Shown: positions 29,071 to 36,669 of the stretch, in pieces
Layout of the letters: each line of letters opens with the position of its first letter
Position numbering within the stretch: position 1 is the stretch's first letter
Assembly (NCBI GenBank): GCA_902559345.1
Contig: CACEHH010000001.1
Span: forward strand, 34,730-98,729
Origin: an uncultured SAR86 cluster bacterium
GTDB taxonomy: Bacteria > Pseudomonadota > Gammaproteobacteria > Magnimaribacterales > D2472
Direction of reading: 5' to 3'
Length of the DNA stretch: 64,000 nt
Position numbers and translations under genes: made by a program
The notes under the pieces: model-generated
The model's input: only the letters and a program-made list of their open reading frames with translations
Told to the model about the DNA's origin: nothing
Database searches by the model: none

Positions 29071-29116
29071 ACTGAAAATCCTTGTGTCGGTGGTTCGATC
29101 CCACCTCTGGGCACCA
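29071..29116 (+). repeat. Displaced copy of the 3' 46 nt of tRNA-Phe (att-type direct repeat)
   Basis: ACTGAAAATCCTTGTGTCGGTGGTTCGATCCCACCTCTGGGCACCA is identical to 28343-28388. Confidence 0.9.
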
Positions 29117-29117
29117 C

Positions 29118-29777
29118 TTATTTTTTAAAATCAATCCTAAAGAATAATAAAATACCGGTTATTGAGCTGACTAATGCAAGTATTGAAAATATTTTCAATA
29201 AAAGATTGTCAATATTATCTCTTTCACGCCAATCCATAATATGAAATCCCCACATAACATCCCAAACCTTCCATTGCATCGATCTAATTGCAGTAACTTC
29301 GCCAGAATAAATATTTAAATAAACATTTATTAATTTTTCTTTTTCATTTTTAGATACTACTTTATATAAAGGCAATGTTCTTCCTCTATATTCAGAACCC
29401 TTTTTAGGTGATGTAATTTCCTCTGCTTCTATAGGTATCAATGTTGTATTTTCTTTAACTATAAGCATAGCCATTTCAGAAGAAATTTTATTCAAAGGCA
29501 CTCCATCTGAATCTAGATAAGTGGTGTCCTCATCTGAAGATAATATTATTATGGTTTCATCCAAACGTTTTTTGATTTCAATATTTGAAGTTTTTGGAAT
29601 CTTAAAATCTATTTCTTTTAAATCGATATTTGAGAAATTGTTTAAACGATATTGTTCTCCTCTAACAAGCTCAATCTTGTTAAAAGCAAAATAAATTCCT
29701 GATACTGTCCATAAAAGCAATTGAACAGAAATAAAAAAACTTAAATATTTATGTATATTTCTAACAATTAGTCTCAT
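29118..29777 (-). CDS. PepSY-associated TM-helix-type membrane protein
   Basis: 219 aa. The N-terminal pattern (IHKYLSFFISVQLLLWTVSGIYF) and C-terminal TM helices flank a soluble domain, and WGFHIMDW is present. ATGA overlap with the repressor gene. Confidence 0.5.
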   Translation of the reverse strand: MRLIVRNIHKYLSFFISVQLLLWTVSGIYFAFNKIELVRGEQYRLNNFSNIDLKEIDFKIPKTSNIEIKKRLDETIIILSSDEDTTYLDSDGVPLNKISSEMAMLIVKENTTLIPIEAEEITSPKKGSEYRGRTLPLYKVVSKNEKEKLINVYLNIYSGEVTAIRSMQWKVWDVMWGFHIMDWRERDNIDNLLLKIFSILALVSSITGILLFFRIDFKK

Positions 29778-30034
29778 CTTTTTAAGACATTGATAATTTC
29801 ATCTATCTTCGCTTGATTATCCTTTGAAGTATTGAGAGATTCTTTAACGCATTCTTTAAGATGGGTTTCGAGAATTTTGGCTTCGACAGAAGTTAATGCA
29901 TTTTTAACAGCCTTAACTTGATTGAGTATGTCAATGCAATATTTTCCATCGTCTATCATTCGTTCAATTCCTTCTATTTGACCTTTAATACGTCTAATAC
30001 TTGAGATTTTATCTTTGTGACATGGATGCTTCAT
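29774..30034 (-). CDS. CsoR/RcnR-family metal-sensing transcriptional repressor
   Basis: 86 aa from the internal ATG at 30034. Ligand fingerprint is His3, Cys33, His58, Cys62 (KYCIDIL ... ETHLKEC), with the family-typical 25 and 4 residue spacings. The listed longer ORF overlaps the upstream gene by about 100 nt and is rejected. Confidence 0.8.
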   Translation of the reverse strand: MKHPCHKDKISSIRRIKGQIEGIERMIDDGKYCIDILNQVKAVKNALTSVEAKILETHLKECVKESLNTSKDNQAKIDEIINVLKR

Positions 30035-30036
30035 AG

Positions 30037-30402
30037 TTAAATCAATTTTGGAATAATGTAAGTAAAAATAGTTGCGAATATGAAAATGACTACAGATATA
30101 TAGTAAACAATCCTTGAGCGTCTTCTTGTTCTTAGACATGCCCTTCCCAATTCAGGATCAGCTGGACAAGGCATGTAATAGGTTTTGTAATTAAAATAGC
30201 CTGCTATAGCAATCATAATAAAAGCAAAAAAAGTGATATAAAGCTTATATTTCGATAGTGTTATGAGAAACGGAAAATAAGAAATCAGGCTCGCAAAAGA
30301 TGCACCGGCACCAATAACAACAAATAGTGAGGGTAGTGCACAACAAATTAAAGTTGATGATGATGCAAATAGAGATAAAAAATTTGCTGATTTGTCTTCC
30401 AT
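30037..30402 (-). CDS. MerT-like metal transport membrane protein
   Basis: 121 aa with three TM helices. A vicinal CC lies in TM1 (LICCALPSL) and a cytoplasmic Cys pair (PCPADPELGRAC) lies between TM2 and TM3, as in MerT. Confidence 0.55.
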   Translation of the reverse strand: MEDKSANFLSLFASSSTLICCALPSLFVVIGAGASFASLISYFPFLITLSKYKLYITFFAFIMIAIAGYFNYKTYYMPCPADPELGRACLRTRRRSRIVYYISVVIFIFATIFTYIIPKLI

Positions 30403-30407
30403 AGTTT

Positions 30408-30809
30408 TTATAAATCCAAAACAGTCATATCAATTGCATTTTGACCATTAATTAGAATCTTTTCTTTAATGTCATCAAATTTAATTTCTTGATTATTATT
30501 GTAGGCAATTAAAACTTTGCCTTTGCTAAGATCAACATCAATTTTTTTAACATTCTTATCTTTTTTAAATGTTTTTTCTATGCCTCTGGCACAAAAATCA
30601 CATACCATCCCTTGAACATTTACTACTGCAATTTGTGAATTCTCAAGTCCCATCACAAATTTATCAAATCTTACCGGATCAACTTCCAGTTTTTTACCAT
30701 CTACTAATTGCTCATGAAGGTGACCTTCATGGGAATGATGCATGTGTTCGTGTGGATTTTCTGCCCAAATGATTGATGTAAAAATACTTAAAAATAATAG
30801 TTTTTTCAT
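30408..30809 (-). CDS. Periplasmic heavy-metal-associated (HMA) domain protein with His-rich N-terminus
   Basis: It has a signal peptide, then HEHMHHSHEGHLHE, then an HMA fold with GMVCDFC (MxCxxC). Confidence 0.75.
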   Translation of the reverse strand: MKKLLFLSIFTSIIWAENPHEHMHHSHEGHLHEQLVDGKKLEVDPVRFDKFVMGLENSQIAVVNVQGMVCDFCARGIEKTFKKDKNVKKIDVDLSKGKVLIAYNNNQEIKFDDIKEKILINGQNAIDMTVLDL

Positions 30810-30817
30810 AATTTCTC

Positions 30818-31414
30818 CTAAAATCTATACATTAAATGAATGTCCCAATCTGTTTTTTTATCGTAACCTAATTCGAGCAAAACATTGCCTTTAAAAAATT
30901 TTACCACTGGGTATGTGGTTTGCTTTTTGTTTAAAGAATTCTTTTTTGTTTTTACCATCAGCCATGTATGAAAATCTCCGTACTTACCTAGATAAGGGGC
31001 TATACCAAGCTGAATAAATTTATCATCATAATCTATTATATTTTCAATTTTTTTGTAGCCAAAACCTACAAACAAACGTCTTGTTTCCCAGTCACCGTGA
31101 ATACCATAAAAATTATTACTATCATTTGGGCTAAAAGCGGATTGAAAATAAAGATTTCTTTGTGATTCTTTCTTGTTTTTTCTGTTTAAGAGATATGTGA
31201 ATCTCAAATATGAATCCGACTTTGAAAAAACCTTATCATTTAAATTTTCGATACCAAATGAATATTTATAGCTTGGTGAATAGTGATAATAAAGTGACTC
31301 TTTCATGTTGTCATTGAAGTGCATTATTGTATGGCCACCAGAATATGATATTGGCCTGGCTTCAACAGCATTGAAAAATAAAGTAACAATTAATATCTTT
31401 AATGTTATACCCAT
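30818..31414 (-). CDS. Small outer-membrane beta-barrel protein (predicted)
   Basis: 198 aa. It has a signal peptide ending AVEA, alternating aromatic/hydrophilic strands, and a C-terminal ...HLMYRF with terminal Phe. Confidence 0.5.
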   Translation of the reverse strand: MGITLKILIVTLFFNAVEARPISYSGGHTIMHFNDNMKESLYYHYSPSYKYSFGIENLNDKVFSKSDSYLRFTYLLNRKNKKESQRNLYFQSAFSPNDSNNFYGIHGDWETRRLFVGFGYKKIENIIDYDDKFIQLGIAPYLGKYGDFHTWLMVKTKKNSLNKKQTTYPVVKFFKGNVLLELGYDKKTDWDIHLMYRF

Positions 31415-31423
31415 GGGGGGTAT
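31407..31423. promoter_or_regulatory. Candidate CsoR/RcnR-type operator ATACCC-ATGGG-GGGTAT (contains a G6 tract)
   Basis: A G/C-rich inverted repeat in otherwise AT-rich DNA. It spans the start codon (31412-31414) of the first gene of the operon that encodes the repressor. Confidence 0.55.
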
Positions 31424-31501
31424 ATTAACATTAATGTGAATGCGCGAAAAATTATTGTTGTATTATGATGGTCTGATTAATAAATTAAGGAGCTATTATT
31501 A

Positions 31502-31699
31502 ATGAAAGTTATTGGTTTAATCGCAGGCATGTTAATTATTTTGCTTAGCATAATAACCACTGGTTTGAATATTTATATTAATATGTCAGAAAGCTATGAA
31601 ATATATGATTATTTCGATTGGTTAAATTATGTTTGGAATCTTACTTGGATTCTGCTTGGTACTTTTCTTATTATGTTTTTTGCCAGTAAATCAACATAA
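31502..31699 (+). CDS. Small two-TM membrane protein
   Basis: 65 aa with a good AAGGAG Shine-Dalgarno 8 nt upstream. It is divergent from the metal operon. Confidence 0.5.
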   Translation: MKVIGLIAGMLIILLSIITTGLNIYINMSESYEIYDYFDWLNYVWNLTWILLGTFLIMFFASKST

Positions 31700-31783
31700 G
31701 CGTCTATTTGCTATAAAAATAATAAACAAAGAACTGGTTTTGTTTTGAAGATTTTAGTCTTTAAAAGAAGTTACAATATATAA

Positions 31784-32761
31784 ATGATTTCAAAACAACA
31801 AAAACCTACACAATCTGGATTTCATGCTAAAACAAATGCAGATGAAATTACAAAAGAAATAGATCTAAGTGAAAAAATAGCTATTGTTACTGGTGGTTAC
31901 TCAGGAATTGGTCTTGAAACCACAAGAGCATTAGTTCATGCAGGAGCACAAGTCATAATTCCTGCTAAAAGGATAGAAATTGCTTCAAAGAATCTTGACG
32001 GCATAGTTCCAAAAGAAAATATAGTTGAAATGGATTTAGGTAATTTAAATTCCGTAAAAAAATTTACAGATAGTTTTAAAGAAAGCTTTAATAAATTAGA
32101 TCTATTAATTAACAATGCTGGAATCATGGCCTGTCCTGAAACTAGAATAGGAGATGAATGGGAAAGTCAGTTTGCTGTAAATCACATTGGTCACTTTTTG
32201 CTTACAAGAGAGTTGATGAATACCATGGCTGAAAATGATGGCGCCAGATTTGTCAGTCTTTCATCTTCAGCACATTCTCTTACCGGAATACTTTGGGACG
32301 ATATTCATTTTCATAATAATCCATATGATAAATGGATGGCATATGGCCAATCTAAAACAGCGTCTTCATTAATTGCAATTGAGTTTCATAGAAGAATGAT
32401 AGATAAAGGTGTGTCTGGTTATTCCGTTCATCCAGGCGGTATCATCACTCCTCTGCAGCGCCATCTTCAAAAAGAAGAAATGATTGCTCTAGGCTGGATG
32501 GATGAAGATGGATCACCATCAGAAATGGCAAAAAATTTCTTTAAAACAACTAGCCAAGGAGCGTCTACAAGTTTGTGGTGTGCAACTAGTCCAAGTCTGA
32601 AAAATATTGGCGGTGTCTTTTGTGAAGATTGTGATGTCGCAAAAAGAAAAAATGAGGTAGATGAATCTCTTCAAAGATATTTTGGTGTAGCAGACTGGGC
32701 TATAGACACTGATGAGGCATCTAAATTATGGGATATCACTGAAAAAATGCTTATATCGTGA
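31784..32761 (+). CDS. Short-chain dehydrogenase/reductase (retinol-dehydrogenase/WWOX-like)
   Basis: It has TGGYSGIG, NNAG and YGQSK motifs. Confidence 0.8.
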   Translation: MISKQQKPTQSGFHAKTNADEITKEIDLSEKIAIVTGGYSGIGLETTRALVHAGAQVIIPAKRIEIASKNLDGIVPKENIVEMDLGNLNSVKKFTDSFKESFNKLDLLINNAGIMACPETRIGDEWESQFAVNHIGHFLLTRELMNTMAENDGARFVSLSSSAHSLTGILWDDIHFHNNPYDKWMAYGQSKTASSLIAIEFHRRMIDKGVSGYSVHPGGIITPLQRHLQKEEMIALGWMDEDGSPSEMAKNFFKTTSQGASTSLWCATSPSLKNIGGVFCEDCDVAKRKNEVDESLQRYFGVADWAIDTDEASKLWDITEKMLIS

Positions 32762-33720
32762 GCGAAATAAATATACTTTTTGAAAATATTGAGCCTTATT
32801 CAACAGGTTATTTAGAGGTAGATGGGCACGAGATTTATTATGAAGAATGTGGAAATCCTAACGGGAAGCCTGCTGTCTTTCTTCATGGAGGACCAGGTGG
32901 TGGAGGTAGCACAAAGGTAAGAGGATTTTTTGACCCAGAATTATATAGAATTGTTGTATTTGATCAGCGAGGCTGTGGGAGAAGCAAGCCTCATGCATGT
33001 TTAAAAAATAATACAACATGGGATTTAGTAGAAGATATTGAAAAACTTAAAGAAAAACTAGAAATCAAGAAATGGCTTGTTTTTGGTGGGTCTTGGGGAA
33101 GTACACTTTCTCTTGCTTATGCTCAAACATATCCTAATTCAGTTTCAGAGCTTGTTCTTAGGGGTATCTTTATGTTGAGAGATAAAGAGTTAAAGTGGTT
33201 TTACCAAGATGGAGCGAGCAGAATATTTCCAGAAACCTGGGAGGGTTTTTTGAAACCCATTGATGAAGAAGATAGGCATGATTTGATGGATGCTTACTAC
33301 AAAATTTTTACAGGAGATGATGATAAGAAAAAAATGGAAGCTGCAGTAGCTTGGTCTAAGTGGGAAGGTTCTGTAAGTACGTTAAGTCATAAACCAGAAA
33401 TGATTTCATCCTACTCTGAATCAAAATTTGCTTTAGCATTTGCACTAATTGAAAATCACTATTTTATTAATAAAGGATTTTTAGAAGATGAGAATCAACT
33501 TGTTTCAATTAAATCAATTGATAAGATTAGAAATATACCCACAATAATAATACAAGGAAGATACGACATTGTATGTCCAATGGAGACTGCGTGGGAGTTA
33601 TCAAAAAATTGGCCAGAAGCAGAATTGATTATTGCGCCCTCCTCAGGCCACAGTGCTTTTGAGAAGGAAATCACCCATGAACTTATTAAAGCTACTCAGG
33701 AGTTTGCTAAAAATGAATAA
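32758..33720 (+). CDS. pip: Proline iminopeptidase
   Basis: It has HGGPGGG and the GGSWGSTL nucleophile elbow. 320 aa, GTG start. Confidence 0.88.
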   Translation: MSEINILFENIEPYSTGYLEVDGHEIYYEECGNPNGKPAVFLHGGPGGGGSTKVRGFFDPELYRIVVFDQRGCGRSKPHACLKNNTTWDLVEDIEKLKEKLEIKKWLVFGGSWGSTLSLAYAQTYPNSVSELVLRGIFMLRDKELKWFYQDGASRIFPETWEGFLKPIDEEDRHDLMDAYYKIFTGDDDKKKMEAAVAWSKWEGSVSTLSHKPEMISSYSESKFALAFALIENHYFINKGFLEDENQLVSIKSIDKIRNIPTIIIQGRYDIVCPMETAWELSKNWPEAELIIAPSSGHSAFEKEITHELIKATQEFAKNE

Positions 33721-34132
33721 ACTTAATGGAAATTGTGAGTGCAAGAAAGTTTCTTTTGAAATTACTCAAGAAATTAAATACTTTTCACATTGCCATTGTT
33801 CACAGTGCAGGAGATCTCATGGCTCAGCATTTGGAAGTTTTATTGAAGTAGATAAATCTTGTTTTAAATATAATTCTGGTACGAAAAATATTAAATCCTA
33901 TTCCTCATCTAAACTGTGCAAACGAATATTTTGCAAAAGTTGTGGTTCAAATATTATGTTTTTAGATGAAGCTAAGCCAGATAAATATTATGTTTCAGTT
34001 GGTGTAATAAATGGGAATCCAAAATTACCAGCAGCTCATCATGTCTTTGTAGGATCAAAAGCATCTTGGTTTGAAATTAATGATGACTTGAGGCAACACG
34101 ACACATACCCATCAGCTTTTAAGAATGAATAA
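33713..34132 (+). CDS. GFA/CENP-V-family zinc protein
   Basis: It has CECKKV...CHCSQCRR...CKSCGS Cys clusters. The ATG at 33713 overlaps the pip stop, so the listed upstream extension is rejected. Confidence 0.7.
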   Translation: MNKLNGNCECKKVSFEITQEIKYFSHCHCSQCRRSHGSAFGSFIEVDKSCFKYNSGTKNIKSYSSSKLCKRIFCKSCGSNIMFLDEAKPDKYYVSVGVINGNPKLPAAHHVFVGSKASWFEINDDLRQHDTYPSAFKNE

Positions 34133-34619
34133 TATAAGTCTTATAGGCATGGCTGGATGTGGAAAATCTTCATTAGGCATGGCTATCTCAGAAAAGTATG
34201 ATCTAAGTTTTATTGATACAGACCATCTGATTGAAAGAGAATACAAAATGACTTTAGAAGATGTGAAAAAAGAGTTTGGGTATAAATTTGTGAGGTCTGC
34301 AGAAGAAAAAGCTATTCTTGGTCTTGATAAATCAACTGAAATTATATCAACGGGAGGAAGTGCAATATATTCAAGCATATCTATGCATCACCTTATGTCT
34401 TTTTCAAAAATAATCTATATTGATACGCCTCTTGATGTGATTATTAAAAGAATTGGTGTTGGGCAAGAGCGAGGTCTTGCCGTGCCTGATGGTATATCAG
34501 TTTCAGATGTTTACCTGGAAAGGAAACCCCTATATGAAAAATTCTCTCAATTCACTGTAGATGGATCAAAATCAATTGAACAGCTTATCTCTGAAATAAA
34601 GATATACTCAAATAGATAA
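34125..34619 (+). CDS. aroK: Shikimate kinase-like P-loop kinase
   Basis: It has ISLIGMAGCGKSS (Walker A), FIDTD and STGGS. It is not next to aroB, so it may be a paralogue. Confidence 0.65.
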   Translation: MNNISLIGMAGCGKSSLGMAISEKYDLSFIDTDHLIEREYKMTLEDVKKEFGYKFVRSAEEKAILGLDKSTEIISTGGSAIYSSISMHHLMSFSKIIYIDTPLDVIIKRIGVGQERGLAVPDGISVSDVYLERKPLYEKFSQFTVDGSKSIEQLISEIKIYSNR

Positions 34620-34621
34620 AA

Positions 34622-35275
34622 ATGCATTTATTAGCGGGATCAACAGGTTTTTTAGGTAATGAGATTCTAAGAATATTAGGCGTTAAAGACATCTCTACTA
34701 TTGCCCTTGGAAGAAGAACCATACCTAATTTACCTGACAGTGTTGAAGAGCTAATTATTGATTTTAATAATATAAAAACAATTACTTTTCCTAGTATAGA
34801 TCATGTCTATCTTTCTCTTGGTTATCCTTTGTATTATCAAAATGTAATGGGTTTTATGGGGCCTACTCTTAAAAAAAAATTTTTTGAGGTAGATTTTACA
34901 TATCAGATAGAGATAGCAAAAAAAGCTAAGAATGTTGGCGCTAGAAGCATCTCGCTTATCTCAGCTGTAGGCGCTGATCCAAATTCTTGGAACTATTATC
35001 TAAAAACCAAAGGAATGCTTGAAGAGGAAATAATCAAGCTAGAATTTGAAAGCACCAATATATTTCGTCCTGGGCATCTTATGGGAAACAAAAATAGGTT
35101 CGACATCGTTTTTGCTGATGTGGTATCTCGAACCATAGATCCTTTTCTACATGGTTCTTTAGAAAGATTTAGAAGCATTCCGGTAAAAAAAGTTTCTGAA
35201 ACAGTTGTAAATAGATCAATGAATTGCAAGGCGGGAATACATTTCTTTGATCACAAAGATTTTAAAAATTCCTGA
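34622..35275 (+). CDS. NAD(P)H-binding atypical SDR (HTATIP2/NmrA-like)
   Basis: It has GSTGFLG and YYLKTKG motifs. Confidence 0.6.
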   Translation: MHLLAGSTGFLGNEILRILGVKDISTIALGRRTIPNLPDSVEELIIDFNNIKTITFPSIDHVYLSLGYPLYYQNVMGFMGPTLKKKFFEVDFTYQIEIAKKAKNVGARSISLISAVGADPNSWNYYLKTKGMLEEEIIKLEFESTNIFRPGHLMGNKNRFDIVFADVVSRTIDPFLHGSLERFRSIPVKKVSETVVNRSMNCKAGIHFFDHKDFKNS

Positions 35276-35534
35276 CTTCCTTTTTTTTAGCTTTAATTAT
35301 CTTTTTTATTCCGTTACACGCATTAAGAAGCCAAAATGCATTTGCAAAAACAAAATAATATAGACCTAGATATAGTTGAACAATTATTGCAAAAAAACTT
35401 CCAGCAATAACAGCAAATAACCCGAATAATCTCTTTTTTGCTTTTTTAGAAACAACAAGTGGTGCGGCTATTAAGGTACCGAAAAAAACACTCAAAATTT
35501 GGATAAATTCTAAAATAGTCATACTGATGAACAT
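35262..35534 (-). CDS. Small three-TM membrane protein
   Basis: 90 aa with a Lys-rich C-terminus and no recognisable family. The start codon lies inside a 37-bp palindrome. Confidence 0.45.
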   Translation of the reverse strand: MFISMTILEFIQILSVFFGTLIAAPLVVSKKAKKRLFGLFAVIAGSFFAIIVQLYLGLYYFVFANAFWLLNACNGIKKIIKAKKKEVRNF

Positions 35535-35661
35535 TCAGAATATGTTCATTAGTATGAATATCGGCGCATTATGAATACTTAAATATAAATGTAAAGATTT
35601 TTTTGAACTTTTTTTAAAAAGATGTAATCTAAGGTATGTGGTTAAAATATATTGGAGATAT

Positions 35662-36033
35662 ATGAAAAATTTATTATTAATTATTGGGGCATTTATATCC
35701 ATTGGAATGGTTGCAGATGGTCATAAGACTTCAGATAAATCTGATAAAGATAGGTTTGCAAATCATCCAAACCATCTCATGGATTTTAAAGAATGCAAAG
35801 AGTTGAAGGATGGCATTGGTGGTCTTTTAGGGTTAAGTGATGGCATATGGAAAGAAATAGAAGCAAATCCAGAGAATGAAGAAAAATGGCTAGAAGTTGC
35901 ATTGGTCGCAGACTTGGCTGCTAATTATTCAGAAGTGTATGATGTTTTCTGTAAAGACATGATTGCTCAAAGAATGAAAATGAGAATGATGCATGATAAG
36001 AAAAAACATAAGAAAGACAAGGAAAAAGATTAA
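35662..36033 (+). CDS. Small secreted protein with Met/His/Lys-rich C-terminus
   Basis: The ATG at 35662 follows a GGAG. It has a signal peptide MKNLLLIIGAFISIGMVA and the tail MKMRMMHDKKKHKKDKEKD. Confidence 0.45.
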   Translation: MKNLLLIIGAFISIGMVADGHKTSDKSDKDRFANHPNHLMDFKECKELKDGIGGLLGLSDGIWKEIEANPENEEKWLEVALVADLAANYSEVYDVFCKDMIAQRMKMRMMHDKKKHKKDKEKD

Positions 36034-36254
36034 AATTTGCCTCTCTGAAATCTCATTCTAATAACGTAGACCCTCAAAAGCGCTACTACGGTAATGATCA
36101 ATTGAATAAATATAGATATTGTTAGTGGGTTGGACCATTGCCAATTATCAATTGTTAACCAAAGAAGAAATGTTTGTAATGGAAAATTAATGGCTGCTCC
36201 CATAAGAACAATTATTACCGACTCTCTTAAAGCGACTTTTTCAGTTTTATTCAT
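36030..36254 (-). CDS. Small two-TM membrane protein
   Basis: 74 aa and hydrophobic, with no recognisable family. Confidence 0.4.
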   Translation of the reverse strand: MNKTEKVALRESVIIVLMGAAINFPLQTFLLWLTIDNWQWSNPLTISIFIQLIITVVALLRVYVIRMRFQRGKF

Positions 36255-36336
36255 ACTTCTTCCTTGTTGCTAATGCCTCTTGTCAAATATCTTCTTTCAT
36301 GACATTTATTGAATAATGGTTTAAGTTATAAATATA

Positions 36337-36669
36337 ATGCAAGAACTAGTAGAAGCAAAGTTTTCAATAGGAAATATTGTTAAACATAAATTTCTGAACT
36401 TTAGAGGTGTAATTTTTGATTTAGATCCTACTTTTAATAATACTGATGATTGGTACAATGCCATTCCAGAAAAATTTAGACCAAAAAAAGATCAGCCTTT
36501 CTATCATCTGTTTGCAGAAAATGAAGAAATTTTTTACATAGCATATGTATCTGAACAAAATCTATTGGATGATTTAGAAGGAGGGCCTGCCAACCATCCA
36601 GATATTAAGATGATTTTTTCACATTTTAATGGAAAATGTTATGTGCCTCATAGAAAAACAAAAAATTAA
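36337..36669 (+). CDS. hspQ: Heat-shock protein HspQ (YccV hemimethylated-DNA-binding family)
   Basis: It has FSIGNIVKHKFLNFRGVIFDLDP and PFYHL. Confidence 0.8.
   Translation: MQELVEAKFSIGNIVKHKFLNFRGVIFDLDPTFNNTDDWYNAIPEKFRPKKDQPFYHLFAENEEIFYIAYVSEQNLLDDLEGGPANHPDIKMIFSHFNGKCYVPHRKTKN

Larger units (their letters stand above)
28389..29116. mobile_element. Integrase-less insert at tRNA-Phe bounded by 46-bp direct repeats (island remnant or miniature element)
   Basis: 28343-28388 (anticodon loop to CCA) is repeated exactly at 29071-29116. Only one ORF lies between the copies. Confidence 0.55.

Noticed and set aside
30035-30139. N-terminal 35-residue extension of the listed CsoR-like ORF (29774-30139)
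   Set aside because: It overlaps the MerT-like gene by about 100 nt, and the extension has no family counterpart. The internal ATG at 30034 gives a canonical 86-aa protein that starts 2 nt after the upstream stop.
31727-31749. AAACAAA-N8-TTTGTTT hairpin after the 65-aa membrane ORF as a terminator
   Set aside because: The stem is 7 bp of A/T only, so the predicted stability is negligible.
33632-33712. Upstream extension of the GFA-family ORF (and likewise 37816-37905 for rmuC, 41620-41655 for lgt, 35638-35661, 50062-50079)
   Set aside because: The extensions overlap the preceding gene or lack family counterparts. The internal ATGs give canonical N-termini and ATGA-type or short-gap junctions.
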